Notes: generated by a model not told the origin, from the letters alone. A stretch of DNA of 64,000 nt from an uncultured Eubacteriales bacterium (GCA_963545265.1 CAUUHY010000001.1:21918-85917); one strand, 5' to 3'; positions 1 through 10,997 are shown, counted from the first letter of the stretch. Numbers and translations: made by a program.

Positions 1-363
1 AAGAAAAAAATTCAACCTAAAGTATTAAAAGCTTTAGAAGTAGTAGGATTAAAAAATAAAACTAGATCTTTTCCTACACAGTTATCCGGAGGAGAACAAC
101 AAAGGGTTGCAATAGCAAGAGCTATAGTTAACAGTCCTAAATTGCTTATTTGTGATGAACCAACAGGAAATCTTGATCCAGAAAAAAGTATGGAAATAAT
201 GGATATTTTAAATAATATTAATAAGACATTAGGAACTACTATTATTATGGCTACTCACGATAAAGCAATAGTAAATAGTATGAAAAAAAGAGTTTTAGTA
301 ATCAAAAATGGTAAATTATCAAAAGACTCTGAGAAAGGAGTGTATAACGATGCAGATCTTTAG
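1..363 (+). CDS. ftsE: Cell division ABC ATP-binding protein FtsE, 5'-truncated by the window edge
   Basis: ABC signature LSGGEQQRVAIARA, Walker B LLICDEPTGNLD and H-loop MATHD are visible; stop at 361-363; followed directly by ftsX. Confidence 0.85.
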   Translation, partial: KKKIQPKVLKALEVVGLKNKTRSFPTQLSGGEQQRVAIARAIVNSPKLLICDEPTGNLDPEKSMEIMDILNNINKTLGTTIIMATHDKAIVNSMKKRVLVIKNGKLSKDSEKGVYNDADL

Positions 364-1240
364 AATGTTACAAAGAGGAATAAGAGATGCTTTTAAAAGT
401 GTTGTAAGAAACTTTTCTTTATCAATAGCGTCTATAGTTTGTGTTAGTATTACTCTTTTTATAGTATCTGTTGCTATTATACTTAGTGCTAACGTAAATA
501 ATTTTTCTACAAATATTAAAAAAGATGTTACTATTATAGCTTTTTTAGAAAAAAAATCAGATAAAAATGCTATACAAAAAGAATTAAATGAATTAAAAAA
601 TATAGCAAAAGTAGAGTTTGTATCAAAAGTAGATGCTAAAAAAGAACTATCTGATTCATCGTCTCAATTTAAAGAATGGTTAAAAGATTGGAGTGATGAT
701 GATTTACCACTTAAAGATAGTTTTAAAATAAAAGTAAGTGATTTAAAACAAATAAATGATACAGTTAGTAAAATAGAAGTAATTAAAGGAATAAGTAGTG
801 TTAATTATGGTAAAACAACCATTGAAAAAATGTTAACAACTTTTGAAGTTGTTAATAAACTTATGTATACTACGGTAATAATATTGATAGTAGTTACTAT
901 TTTCTTAATTATAAATACTATTAAATTAACAATTTATTCAAGAAAAAGAGAAATTGAAATAATGAGAGTTGTTGGAGCAAGTAACTTTGCAATTAAATTT
1001 CCATTTGTTGTAGAAGGAATGGTTCTTGGATTTATTGGTAGTGTAATACCTATATTACTTACAATTTATTTATATACTTATCTATATAATAGATTTCAAG
1101 GAAATATATATTCTAATATAATTAAATTAATGTCACCAAGTAGTTTAGTGTACACTGTATCATTAATTTTAGTTATAATTGGAGTAATAGTTGGTATGCT
1201 TGGTAGTAGTGGAGCAGTAAGGAAATATTTAAAATTATGA
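350..1240 (+). CDS. ftsX: Cell division permease FtsX
   Basis: N-terminal MQIFRMLQRGIRDAFKS is typical of FtsX; 4 TM helices with a large extracellular loop; RBS GAGAAAGGAG lies 9 nt before the ATG at 350 (the ORF track's upstream TTG/ATG at 308 is less likely); overlaps the ftsE end. Confidence 0.8.
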   Translation: MQIFRMLQRGIRDAFKSVVRNFSLSIASIVCVSITLFIVSVAIILSANVNNFSTNIKKDVTIIAFLEKKSDKNAIQKELNELKNIAKVEFVSKVDAKKELSDSSSQFKEWLKDWSDDDLPLKDSFKIKVSDLKQINDTVSKIEVIKGISSVNYGKTTIEKMLTTFEVVNKLMYTTVIILIVVTIFLIINTIKLTIYSRKREIEIMRVVGASNFAIKFPFVVEGMVLGFIGSVIPILLTIYLYTYLYNRFQGNIYSNIIKLMSPSSLVYTVSLILVIIGVIVGMLGSSGAVRKYLKL

Positions 1241-2421
1241 AAAAGTTATTTAAATTCTCAATACTTTTATTTATAGTTTTTATCTCAAATAGTATTCATG
1301 CTATAACACTTGGCGAATATGAAGCAAAACTTAATCAATATAAAGCTGAATTAAATAGTAATAATGCTAAAATAAATTCTACAAATAATGCTATAGTATC
1401 AGCTAATAATAAAATAATAACTATTAATAATGAAGTTAATTCTTTGTTAAAAGAAAAAGAAGTGATTATTAAAGAGATGGAAGATAATAAAGTTGAAATA
1501 GAAAAATTAAAAAAGAAAACAAAAAAATTAATCGAATATTATCAGATGTCTCAAAGTGGAAATTTTTATTTAGATTATATTTTTGATTCAAAAGATATTT
1601 CTACTTTTATATATAGATATTCGGTAGTAGATCAATTTTTGGAATATACAAAAAACACTACAGAAAGTTTAACTTCAACTATAAAAAAACAAGAACACAG
1701 ACAAAAAGATATTATTGCTATTCAAGGAAAACTTGCTAATAAAAAGAACGAATTAGATAGTCAAATAGTAAAACTTGGAACTGATAAAGCTCATTTATTA
1801 GAAGGTGGAGTTAGTATTAAAAAACAAGTTGAACAATATGATGAAATAGTTAATTATTATAAGAAAAAAGGTTGTAAATCAAATCACGTTATTGGAGTTG
1901 ATTGTGCAAGAGACTATGATGCAGGAATATTTAGAAGACCTATGAGACAAGGTTATGTTACTGGTTATCAAGGAGATTTAGCTACATATGGTTATTTTCA
2001 TCAAGGTGTAGATATCAGTAGTAGTAATAAAAGAGAACCAATATATGCAGTAGCTAATGGTAAAGTAGTAGCAGTGTATACTGATGGTTATGGTGGAAAA
2101 ACTGTTATTATGACACACTATAAAGATGGTAAGTACTACACTTCTGTTTATATACACATGGATTCTTATGGACCAAAAATTAGAGTTGGAAATGATATAA
2201 CGAGTGATGATTTGATCGGATATATGGGATCTAGCGGTTGGGCAACAGGACCACATTTACACTTAGAAATAGTGCCATGTAGATATTATTTTGATAATGT
2301 ATGTCGTAATTGGTGGGCAAAAGATAAGTATATAAGAGATTTATCAGCTAGTGGATATAGAGGAGCTTATAATTATATATCTTTACCAAATCGAAAATAC
2401 GAATGGTTTAGAGGTAGATAA
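1237..2421 (+). CDS. Secreted coiled-coil + M23 (LytM) peptidoglycan endopeptidase, EnvC/PcsB-like FtsEX partner candidate
   Basis: Signal peptide, ~200 aa coiled coil, C-terminal M23 motifs HQGVDI...GYMGSSGWATGPHLHLEI; ATGA overlap with the ftsX stop. Confidence 0.8.
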   Translation: MKKLFKFSILLFIVFISNSIHAITLGEYEAKLNQYKAELNSNNAKINSTNNAIVSANNKIITINNEVNSLLKEKEVIIKEMEDNKVEIEKLKKKTKKLIEYYQMSQSGNFYLDYIFDSKDISTFIYRYSVVDQFLEYTKNTTESLTSTIKKQEHRQKDIIAIQGKLANKKNELDSQIVKLGTDKAHLLEGGVSIKKQVEQYDEIVNYYKKKGCKSNHVIGVDCARDYDAGIFRRPMRQGYVTGYQGDLATYGYFHQGVDISSSNKREPIYAVANGKVVAVYTDGYGGKTVIMTHYKDGKYYTSVYIHMDSYGPKIRVGNDITSDDLIGYMGSSGWATGPHLHLEIVPCRYYFDNVCRNWWAKDKYIRDLSASGYRGAYNYISLPNRKYEWFRGR

Positions 2422-2444
2422 TTTTACATATTTATATAAAAAAT

Positions 2445-2478
2445 AGAGTTATTAATTATAAAAGTAACTCTTTTTTTA
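2445..2478 (+). terminator. Rho-independent terminator after the ftsEX-M23 operon
   Basis: agagtta...taactct hairpin followed by a T7 run. Confidence 0.5.
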
Positions 2479-2499
2479 TATAATAATTTTAGTGATATT

Positions 2500-2802
2500 A
2501 TGAAGAATAAGAAAAAATTTTTAATAGTAATTATAGGTTTATTTTTAATAATTTTAAGTTTTATCATAGAAAAAATAGATAATTATGATAAAAATTATAC
2601 TTATTTAAATTTATCTGAATATATAGTTAACAATAATGTTAATTTCTTAAATGATGAAAAATTTTTTGTTGATAATAATTTAAAAGAATTAACAAGTGAA
2701 AATTTAGATGTATTAAAAAAAATATATAAAGAAGAATGTGATAACTTAGAAAAAAACAATCTAAAAAATATTAATTGCATTCAGAGAGGAAACTATGAAT
2801 AA
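2500..2802 (+). CDS. Hypothetical small membrane-anchored protein
   Basis: ORF with one N-terminal TM helix; no recognisable domain. Confidence 0.4.
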   Translation: MKNKKKFLIVIIGLFLIILSFIIEKIDNYDKNYTYLNLSEYIVNNNVNFLNDEKFFVDNNLKELTSENLDVLKKIYKEECDNLEKNNLKNINCIQRGNYE

Positions 2803-3211
2803 TAATATTGAAATATTAGATATATATGAACAAGAAAAATTAGAATTAAAAAAATTTTATGATAAATTATTATTTAATATTACTTATGTAGTTGGAATTT
2901 TATTACCAATATTTTTCTTTGTTTTTATAGTTTCTTTAAATAGTAATGTTTTAATAAGAAAAAAAATAGGTATATTAAGTGGTGTTATTAGTTCTTTTAT
3001 TTTTATCTTTTTGTTATATATACTAATTACAAAGTATAAAAAAATAAAAATTAATAATACTTTTATAAAATTTTCACTTTATTATCTAGTAGTATTATCA
3101 ACACTGTTTTTCTTGTATCAAAAAAATTCTTGGTTAAAAAAGTACATATTAGAAGAAACTAGATATACTCCTAAATATCAAATTATAGCAAAATGGTTAT
3201 ACAATAACTAA
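2795..3211 (+). CDS. Hypothetical membrane protein (3 TM)
   Basis: ORF overlapping the previous one by 8 nt; hydrophobic segments; no domain recognised. Confidence 0.4.
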   Translation: MNNNIEILDIYEQEKLELKKFYDKLLFNITYVVGILLPIFFFVFIVSLNSNVLIRKKIGILSGVISSFIFIFLLYILITKYKKIKINNTFIKFSLYYLVVLSTLFFLYQKNSWLKKYILEETRYTPKYQIIAKWLYNN

Positions 3212-3269
3212 ATATTGCAATTATTAAAAAAAACTATATAATACAACCTTATAAGAAAGAGGTGTGTAT

Positions 3270-4154
3270 ATGATAGATAAAGACGCTTATAGTTATATGA
3301 TAGAGAGATTTTTAGCATATAAATATAGAAAAGATCATAATATTTTATATAGTGATGATTTAACTATACCAGAACAATTAGTTAAAGATTATTTTGATGT
3401 TAAAAGATCTTATAATTTAAATGATAAAGAATTTATTAAAAATTATGTTATGAATGAATTAAAATTTGAAGATGCTGATCATAGTAGTACTCAAAAAGAA
3501 GGTATGAAAAATTTATATAGTTTTCTTGTTAATGAAGAAATAGAAAATTTAAATTTTTATACATTAAAATTATTTCACAAAAAATTATTTGAATTTGAAA
3601 AATTTTCTGAATATGGAGGAGATTTTAGAAAAGCTCCAGCTTATTTAAAAGCTGATCCTACTAATCTATGTGCATGGGAAAATATATATCAAGAAGCTCT
3701 TTATTTAAATAAAGTTATAGCTTCTATGCAAGAAAGAGCTGTAAAATTAAAAGAAAATGAATCGGAGGAAGATATATTATCTTTTATTTACGACACTGTT
3801 AAATTAAGTGCTGATATGCTTTTAGTTCATCCTTTTGTAGATGGGAATGGAAGAACTATAAGAGCCTTGACTAATAAGTTATTTATAGATTCTGGTATAC
3901 CACCAGTTTATGTAACTCCAACAGAAAAAACGGAATATATTAAAGCTTTAACTAAAGGTAGAGAAACAAATGATTATTCTGAATTATATGGTTTTTATTT
4001 ATATAAAATATGTGATTCTATAGTGGTTTTAGATATAAATAAAGAAATTGAAAAAGAACATGTTAATCATGATGAAGTAAGAAGAGAAGAAAGTGGAAAA
4101 AAATTAATTAAAATTTTAAAAGATAGAATGGATTCTTTGAAAGAATCTAATTAA
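3270..4154 (+). CDS. Fic family protein (putative AMP-transferase)
   Basis: Canonical Fic motif HPFVDGNGRTIRAL; RBS AGAGG 8 nt upstream of ATG 3270; internal SSTQKEG matches the inhibitory [ST]xxxE[GN] motif. Confidence 0.75.
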   Translation: MIDKDAYSYMIERFLAYKYRKDHNILYSDDLTIPEQLVKDYFDVKRSYNLNDKEFIKNYVMNELKFEDADHSSTQKEGMKNLYSFLVNEEIENLNFYTLKLFHKKLFEFEKFSEYGGDFRKAPAYLKADPTNLCAWENIYQEALYLNKVIASMQERAVKLKENESEEDILSFIYDTVKLSADMLLVHPFVDGNGRTIRALTNKLFIDSGIPPVYVTPTEKTEYIKALTKGRETNDYSELYGFYLYKICDSIVVLDINKEIEKEHVNHDEVRREESGKKLIKILKDRMDSLKESN

Positions 4155-4206
4155 ATTTGTCATTTTAAATATATTTTAATTTTAATATATTAATTGATGA
4201 ATTTTA

Positions 4207-5409
4207 ATGTTATATAATAATAATATGAAAAAGATATTTATAATGATAAGTTTATTTATAATAATAGGGTTTTCAGCATATTTACTAATAGATAATATGC
4301 TTCTTTTAGATAATTCTGTTGTAAAGGATAAAAAATTTGTTTTAGAAGTACATAAAAAAGAAAAGTTATCTAATGTTTTAAAGTTAGAAGAAAAAATATT
4401 AGATGATAGAGAATTGTTTTATGAAGAAATAGGTGAAAAGAAAATATCATTCATATATTTAAATAAAAATAAAAAGAAAAGAAAAGCTGAAATTAAATTA
4501 AATATAGTTGATACTATAAAACCACTTGTTTTTGGAGCTAACTATTTTAAATCATATCAAGGAGTAAAAAAAGATTTTGCTAAAAATTTTCTTATTTTGG
4601 ATAATTATGATAGGGAAGTTAAAAAAGTAGTAGAAAATGATATAGATTTTGATAAGTTAGGTAAATATAAACTGATTTTAAAAGCAACTGATAATTCTAA
4701 TAACATAACTATTAAAGAATTTACTGTAGAGATAGTAGAAAAACCAAAAGATAATAAAGAAACTAGTAAAACAGTTAAAAGAGTTGGTGTTAAATATGAA
4801 GATATTTATACTGAATATAAAAATAATAAGACAAAAATAGGTATAGATATATCTAAGTGGCAAGGTAATGTTGATTTTCAAAAACTAAAAGAAGCAAATG
4901 TTGAATTTGTTATGATAAGACTTGGTTATCAAACTGGTTTTGGTAAAGAGTTAGTATTAGATAAGTATTATGAACAAAATATTAAATTAGCAAATAAATA
5001 TGGTATTAAAGCAGGAGTATATTTTTATTCTTATGCTAAAAATACTAATGATGCTAAAAAACAAGCTGAATTTATAAAAAAACATATAAAAAATTATAAA
5101 ATAGATATGCCTATAGCATTTGACTTTGAAGATTGGAAAAATGTAGAAAAAGCAAAATTAAGTATTTATGATATTAATAAAAATGCTAAGACATTTTTAG
5201 ACGAAATAAAAAAAGATGGTTATCAAGTTTTAAATTATGGATCTAAATATTATTTAGAAAATATATGGAATATAGATTATCCTACTTGGCTTGCTCATTA
5301 TACTAACAAGACAAATTACTCTAAAGATTATAAAATGTGGCAACTTACAGAAAATGGTTTAATTTCCGGTATTCAAGGTTTTGTAGATGTAAATGTGCTT
5401 TACGAATAA
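4207..5409 (+). CDS. Membrane-anchored GH25 family lysozyme (muramidase) with a ~180-aa N-terminal extracellular domain
   Basis: N-terminal TM; C-terminal GH25-like GIDISKWQGNVDF...FVMIRLGY...AGVYFYSYA pattern. Confidence 0.65.
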   Translation: MLYNNNMKKIFIMISLFIIIGFSAYLLIDNMLLLDNSVVKDKKFVLEVHKKEKLSNVLKLEEKILDDRELFYEEIGEKKISFIYLNKNKKKRKAEIKLNIVDTIKPLVFGANYFKSYQGVKKDFAKNFLILDNYDREVKKVVENDIDFDKLGKYKLILKATDNSNNITIKEFTVEIVEKPKDNKETSKTVKRVGVKYEDIYTEYKNNKTKIGIDISKWQGNVDFQKLKEANVEFVMIRLGYQTGFGKELVLDKYYEQNIKLANKYGIKAGVYFYSYAKNTNDAKKQAEFIKKHIKNYKIDMPIAFDFEDWKNVEKAKLSIYDINKNAKTFLDEIKKDGYQVLNYGSKYYLENIWNIDYPTWLAHYTNKTNYSKDYKMWQLTENGLISGIQGFVDVNVLYE

Positions 5410-5418
5410 GGAGAAATT

Positions 5419-7146
5419 ATGAAAAATTTTATAAAATCTTTAAGATTTGTATGGAAATATTCCAATGGAATAAAATCAAAAATTTTATTCCTTCTTATTG
5501 TTAATATAATAAATATTTCTTTAAGAATAGCTCTTCCTATGGTTTCAGCTCAAGTAATTATAAAATTAACAATTGGAGCTTATAACGAATTAATATATTG
5601 GGGGGTTATAGCATCACTAATATCATTTGTAGAAAATGTTACATATTACTTTTCGAGAACAAGAATGAGTTTTGTGTATCAAAATTTATATAAGAAAATA
5701 ACGAGAGATATAGCAGAAAATATACTTAAAATTACTAACGATGGATTAGATAAAGCAGGAAGTGGTAAGTTTTTACAAAGAATAAGTAGTGATACTGACA
5801 AATTATCAGATATTTTTTATATAGTATTTGATGTTTTTGGTGATGTTTTTATTCATATTGGTAATTTTGTAGCTATTTTTATTCTTAATTATATAGCTGG
5901 TATATTTGTTGTTTTTATGCAAATAGCTTTAATTATCGTAGAAAATATTAGAGCTTCGAAAAAAGAAAAATTAGATAAAATTTCTAGAAAATCTAGAGAT
6001 AAACTTTTTACTACAGTTTCTGAACTAGTAAGAGGTGCAAGAGATATAAAAATGCTTAATAGTGAAAAAGATTTTCTGTCAAAATTTGATACGAATGTTG
6101 ATGATTATTCTAAAAAATATTTAAATTTAAGAATTGTTCAATATAATTGGAGATTGCTAAGTTGGTGTTTAAATAACTTTTTATTTTTAATATTTACTAT
6201 AATTTTAGCTATTATAATTAAAGAAAAATATGTTGTTGCAGCAACGGCTGTAGTTTTATATAGTTTACTACGTAATACAAATGGTTTTTATTATTTAGTA
6301 GGAGATTTAGTGAGCTATTTTAAAGATTTTGATGTTTCTAGAAATAGACTGGAAGAAATTCTTACAAGTAATGTTTATCCAAAAGAAAAATTTGGTAATG
6401 TTCATTTAGATAAAATAAATGGTGATTTTGAGTTTAGAAATGTAAGTTTTTCGTATGGTAAAAATCAAGTCTTAAAAGATTTAAGTTTTAAAATAGATGC
6501 AAATACTACAGTTGCATTTGTAGGGAAAAGCGGAACTGGAAAAACTACAATATTTAATTTGTTAGTTAAAATGTATGATGTAGATTCTGGCAAAATTTTA
6601 ATTGATGATCAAGATATAACTAAACTTGATAAAGATACTATAAGAGGAAATATTACTATAATTGGTCAAAGTCCATATATATTTAATATGACTATAAAAG
6701 AAAATTTACAATTAGTGAAAAATGATTTAACTGATGAAGAAATGAAAGAAGCTTGTAGACTTGCTTGTTTAGATAGGTTTATCGATAGTTTAGAAAATAA
6801 ATACGATACTATTATCGGAGAAGGTGGGGTTAATTTATCAGGTGGTCAAAGACAAAGACTTGCTATAGCAAGAGCTCTTATTCAAAAGACTGAAATAATT
6901 TTATTTGATGAAGCTACTAGTGCTCTTGATAATGAAACTCAATATGAAATACAGAAAGCTATTGAAAATATGGAAGGTGAATATACTATTTTAATAATAG
7001 CGCATAGATTATCTACTATAAAAAAAGCTAATAAAATATTTTATTTAGAAAAAGGTAAAATAATAGATAGTGGAAGTCATGAATATTTAATAGAAAATTG
7101 TAGTTCATATAAACATTTATATGAAACTGAAATAGAAAAAGATTAG
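5419..7146 (+). CDS. ABC transporter permease/ATP-binding fusion (type I exporter, MsbA-like)
   Basis: 6 TM N-terminal domain; Walker [10 protein letters not shown]; signature [15 protein letters not shown]; Walker [12 protein letters not shown]; RBS AGGAGA. Confidence 0.85.
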   Translation: MKNFIKSLRFVWKYSNGIKSKILFLLIVNIINISLRIALPMVSAQVIIKLTIGAYNELIYWGVIASLISFVENVTYYFSRTRMSFVYQNLYKKITRDIAENILKITNDGLDKAGSGKFLQRISSDTDKLSDIFYIVFDVFGDVFIHIGNFVAIFILNYIAGIFVVFMQIALIIVENIRASKKEKLDKISRKSRDKLFTTVSELVRGARDIKMLNSEKDFLSKFDTNVDDYSKKYLNLRIVQYNWRLLSWCLNNFLFLIFTIILAIIIKEKYVVAATAVVLYSLLRNTNGFYYLVGDLVSYFKDFDVSRNRLEEILTSNVYPKEKFGNVHLDKINGDFEFRNVSFSYGKNQVLKDLSFKIDANTTVAFVGKSGTGKTTIFNLLVKMYDVDSGKILIDDQDITKLDKDTIRGNITIIGQSPYIFNMTIKENLQLVKNDLTDEEMKEACRLACLDRFIDSLENKYDTIIGEGGVNLSGGQRQRLAIARALIQKTEIILFDEATSALDNETQYEIQKAIENMEGEYTILIIAHRLSTIKKANKIFYLEKGKIIDSGSHEYLIENCSSYKHLYETEIEKD

Positions 7147-7153
7147 AGGATGT

Positions 7154-9100
7154 ATGTTTAATTTAGTATCAAAATATTCTCCTTCCGGAGATCAACCAGA
7201 AGCTATAAAAAAATTGGTGGAAGGTGTTAAAAATAATGAAAAAAATCAAGTTTTACTTGGAGCAACAGGTACAGGTAAAACTTTTACTATTGCTAATGTT
7301 ATTAAAGAAACAGGCAAAAAAACATTAGTTCTTGCACACAATAAAACTTTAGCAGGTCAATTATATAGTGAATTAAAAGAACTTTTTCCAAATAATCATG
7401 TTGAATATTTTGTAAGTTACTATGATTATTATCAACCAGAAGCATATGTAGCATCTACTGATACTTATATAGAAAAAGATTCATCAATTAATGAAGAAAT
7501 AGATGAGTTAAGACATTCTGCTACTTCATCTTTGTTAAGTTATGATGATGTTATTGTCGTAGCTAGTGTATCTTGTATTTATGGAATAGGTGAAGTTGAA
7601 GAATATAAAAATCATATGTTGACTTTAAGTCAAGGGATGAAAATATCAAGAGATGATGTGTTAAAAAAACTCGTAGATATGCTTTTTGAAAGAAATGATT
7701 TTGATTTTAAAAGAGCTACTTTTAGAGTTAGAGGAGATACTGTTGATATTATCCCTGCTAGTGAATTTCAAACTGCTATTAGAGTTGAATTTTTTGGAGA
7801 TGAAATAGATAGAATATCAGAAATTGATGTAGTAACAGGAGTTATAAAAAATGATAAAAAAAATGTTTCTATATTTCCAGCAAGTCACTTTGTAACAAGC
7901 CATGAAAAAATTTTAAAAGCAGAAAAAGAAATAAAAAAAGATTTAGCAATTAGTTTAGAAAATTTTAAAAATAAAAATAAGTTTTTAGAAGAACAAAGAT
8001 TAAGAGAAAGAACTAATTACGATCTTGAAATGTTAAAAGAAACAGGAATGTGTAGTGGTATAGAAAACTATTCTAGATATTTTGATGGAAGAAAACCAGG
8101 AGCTGCTCCGACTACATTACTTGATTTCTTTGGAGATGATTTTTTATTAGTGGTAGATGAATCACATGTTACACTTCCACAAGTTAGAGGGATGTATAAC
8201 GGAGATAGAGCTAGAAAAGAAATACTAGTAGAATATGGTTTTAGATTACCTTCAGCACTTGATAATAGACCTTTAAGATTTGAAGAATTTACAAGTAAAA
8301 TAAAACAAGCTATTTATGTATCTGCAACACCAGGGGATTATGAATTAGAACTTGTTGATAATAAAGTTATAGAGCAAATTATTAGACCAACTGGACTTCT
8401 AGATCCTATAATTGAAGTTAGAAAGACTGAAAATCAAATATTTGATCTTGTAAATGAAATAAGAGATAGAATAGCAAAAAACGAAAAAGTTTTAATTACA
8501 ACTTTAACTATAAAGATGTCTGAAGAATTAACTGAATATTTAAGATCTTTAGATATTAAAGTAGCATATCTACATTCTGAAGTAAAAACATTAGAAAGAT
8601 TACAAATAATACATGATTTAAGAAGTGGTAAATATGACTGTATAGTAGGTATCAATTTATTAAGAGAAGGTATAGATATTCCTGAAGTTAGTTTAATTGC
8701 AATACTTGATGCTGATAAAGAAGGATTCTTAAGAAGTAATAGAAGTCTTATTCAAATTATTGGTCGTTGTGCAAGAAATGCAAATGGTAAATGTATAATG
8801 TATGCAGATAAGATTACTAATTCTATGGAATATGCTATTAATGAAACTAAAAGAAGAAGAACTATTCAAGAAGAATATAATAAAGTTCATGGTATAATTC
8901 CAAAAACAATAGAAAAATCTATAAAAGAAGTTATTAGCAATGTTAGTACCAATACTAGTAAAAATAAGAAAAAATCAATTAATGATGAAAATTTAAATAT
9001 AGAAGAATTAGAAAAAGAAATGAAGAAAGCAGCAAAAGAATTAGATTTTGAAAGAGCAATGCAACTTAGAGATATAATTTTTGAGTTAAAATTACGTTAA
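7154..9100 (+). CDS. uvrB: Excinuclease ABC subunit B
   Basis: GATGTGKT Walker A, helicase motifs, UvrB interaction domain, C-terminal UVR motif [12 protein letters not shown]; 648 aa. Confidence 0.95.
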   Translation: MFNLVSKYSPSGDQPEAIKKLVEGVKNNEKNQVLLGATGTGKTFTIANVIKETGKKTLVLAHNKTLAGQLYSELKELFPNNHVEYFVSYYDYYQPEAYVASTDTYIEKDSSINEEIDELRHSATSSLLSYDDVIVVASVSCIYGIGEVEEYKNHMLTLSQGMKISRDDVLKKLVDMLFERNDFDFKRATFRVRGDTVDIIPASEFQTAIRVEFFGDEIDRISEIDVVTGVIKNDKKNVSIFPASHFVTSHEKILKAEKEIKKDLAISLENFKNKNKFLEEQRLRERTNYDLEMLKETGMCSGIENYSRYFDGRKPGAAPTTLLDFFGDDFLLVVDESHVTLPQVRGMYNGDRARKEILVEYGFRLPSALDNRPLRFEEFTSKIKQAIYVSATPGDYELELVDNKVIEQIIRPTGLLDPIIEVRKTENQIFDLVNEIRDRIAKNEKVLITTLTIKMSEELTEYLRSLDIKVAYLHSEVKTLERLQIIHDLRSGKYDCIVGINLLREGIDIPEVSLIAILDADKEGFLRSNRSLIQIIGRCARNANGKCIMYADKITNSMEYAINETKRRRTIQEEYNKVHGIIPKTIEKSIKEVISNVSTNTSKNKKKSINDENLNIEELEKEMKKAAKELDFERAMQLRDIIFELKLR

Positions 9101-9235
9101 TAATTATATGAATAGGAAAAGAATATATTTCTTTTTTCTCTTCTAATATTTATATTTTTTTTAATTTTTCTTATATCACTTTCAAACAGACATTATAAAT
9201 ATGTAGTTAAAACTTCTCAAATTACTAAAAATGTA

Positions 9236-9547
9236 TTGCTAATTGTAAAAGGAGATAAAGTTTTAAAATATATAATTTATACAGAATCAAAATGTTCAAA
9301 ACTTAACTTAGAATCTTTAAAATTAATCTATAAAAATAATTATTCTAATATTAAAGGTATAAAATATGTTATAGAGTATGATGATTTAAAACAAATTTTA
9401 AAAATATATTTAGATATAGATTTTACAAAGGTTGATTTGGATGAATTAACAAGTAAAAGAATATTATTAACTAAGGAGGTAGAATATCTATCTTTATCTT
9501 ATGTTGAAAATTTATTGTTAAAAGAAGGTTATAAAAAAGAAAGATAA
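9236..9547 (+). pseudogene. N-terminally truncated paralog of the downstream DUF1307/YehR-like lipoprotein (no signal peptide, no ATG start)
   Basis: Aligns over its whole length with residues ~45-155 of the 9614-10063 product (GIKYVIEYDD vs GIKYSFEYTD; DIDFTKVDLDEL vs DIDYTKANYREL; GYKKER vs GYKKAK); only a TTG start and an AAAGGAG that lies inside the frame. Confidence 0.45.
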
Positions 9548-9613
9548 TTTTTATCTTAATTTTAGTGTTTACATCACCATGTTTAAATTGTTATAATGAT
9601 GATAGGAGGAATT

Positions 9614-10063
9614 ATGAAAAAATTATATTTAGGATTAGTTTTATTAATTGCATTTTCATTAACAGCATGTTTAGGAGCAAAATCTTATACTTATAAATTA
9701 AAAAATTCTAAAACAGAATCTACAGTAGTTTTAACAGCTAAAGGTAATAAATTAGTTAAATATACAACAAATACAACTGTAGATTATTCAAAAGACATAA
9801 CAGCAGCTAAATATACAATAGAACAAGCAAGAGCAGCATTAAAAAAATCTTTTGATAGTTTATATAATGTAAATGGTATAAAATATTCTTTTGAATATAC
9901 TGATAGTAAAATATTAAAATTAAAAGTAGATATTGATTATACAAAAGCTAACTATAGAGAACTAGCTAAAAGAGGATTAATCGATAGAGCAGATGCTAAA
10001 TACATTGATTTTAAAGCAACTGAAAAGAATTTATTATCAAGTGGATATAAAAAAGCGAAATAA
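9614..10063 (+). CDS. DUF1307 (YehR-like) family lipoprotein
   Basis: RBS AGGAGG; lipoprotein signal MKKLYLGLVLLIAFSLTAC; family resemblance (TAKGNKLVKYT, DIDYTK). Confidence 0.65.
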   Translation: MKKLYLGLVLLIAFSLTACLGAKSYTYKLKNSKTESTVVLTAKGNKLVKYTTNTTVDYSKDITAAKYTIEQARAALKKSFDSLYNVNGIKYSFEYTDSKILKLKVDIDYTKANYRELAKRGLIDRADAKYIDFKATEKNLLSSGYKKAK

Positions 10064-10088
10064 AAATATCTCTATTTTAGAGATATTT

Positions 10089-10997
10089 TTATTTTTCTTT
10101 AATTCCTTGATATGTGTTTCTTCTTTTTAATTCTTTATCTATTTCGTTTAATACGATAAATTTTTTGTGTGTCCAACTAGGTTCTATTGTAAGTTCTTTG
10201 TTTGGATCTCCAGTCAATCTATAAAGAACAATATCTTTGTTTAAAAGTTCTATTTGATCACAAACGATATCTACAAATTCATTTAAAGTTAAAATATGAA
10301 ATGGATTTTCTAAATATTCTTTACTAAGTTTTGTACCTTTTTCGATAAACAACATGTGTATTTTAATACCATCAACTTCAAGTTTATTTACAAATTTTAT
10401 TGTTTCTAGCATATCTTCTTTTGTTTCATTTCTGAAACCATTAATAATATGAACAACTGTGTTTATATTTCTTTTTTTTAGTTCATTACAAACTTTAATT
10501 ATTTCGTCTAATTCTTCAAATCTGTTTAAATCTTTTCTAGTTCTTTCGTGAATTGTTTGAAGACCAAGCTCAACAGTTAAAAAAGTTTTTTTATTTAACT
10601 CTTCTAGATAATTTAAAATATCATTATCTATTGCATCAGCTCTAGTAGAAATATCTATTCCAACAACATCTTTCATATTTAAAAATATTTCAAATCTTTT
10701 TTTTAGGTTAATAACACTATCATATGTGTTAGTATTCGCTTGAAAATATGCGATATATTTAGCATCTTTCCATTTTGTTTTAACTTTTTTAACTCCTTCA
10801 TTAAATTGTTCTAATAAATTTTTTTGTTTATCTCCACCAAACATAGAAGAACCAGCTAGACAAAAAGTACAACCACCATATCCTTTTTTACCATCTATAT
10901 TAGGACAAGTAAAATTAGCATTAAGGGATATTTTAGCTATTTTAGTACCAAATTTATTTTTGTAAAATTCATCTAAACTATTATATCTTTTGTTCAT
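10089..10997 (-). CDS. TIGR01212-family radical SAM protein (YhcC/YtqA-like)
   Basis: N-terminal CPNIDGKKGYGGCTFC cysteine cluster typical of this radical SAM subfamily; 302 aa. Confidence 0.75.
   Translation of the reverse strand: MNKRYNSLDEFYKNKFGTKIAKISLNANFTCPNIDGKKGYGGCTFCLAGSSMFGGDKQKNLLEQFNEGVKKVKTKWKDAKYIAYFQANTNTYDSVINLKKRFEIFLNMKDVVGIDISTRADAIDNDILNYLEELNKKTFLTVELGLQTIHERTRKDLNRFEELDEIIKVCNELKKRNINTVVHIINGFRNETKEDMLETIKFVNKLEVDGIKIHMLFIEKGTKLSKEYLENPFHILTLNEFVDIVCDQIELLNKDIVLYRLTGDPNKELTIEPSWTHKKFIVLNEIDKELKRRNTYQGIKEK

Noticed and set aside
1978-2256. Antisense ORFs inside larger genes. This one, and also 4678-4881, 8434-8655, 12870-13058, 19529-19717, 26215-26436, 28795-29064, 37963-38232, 40028-40312, 41080-41536, 43160-43703, 45948-46163, 47615-47812, 50327-50539 and 55693-56025
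   Set aside because: All lie fully within, and opposite to, long ORFs with clear homology or structure. Their F/I/L/Y/S-rich hydrophobic translations are what the reverse strand of AT-rich coding DNA gives. None has an RBS.
3264-5409. Fic protein plus GH25 lysozyme as a possible prophage remnant
   Set aside because: No integrase, terminase, capsid/tail or holin genes nearby. Both genes are flanked by core genes (ftsEX, ABC exporter/uvrB). A chromosomal autolysin and a stand-alone Fic are the more economical reading.
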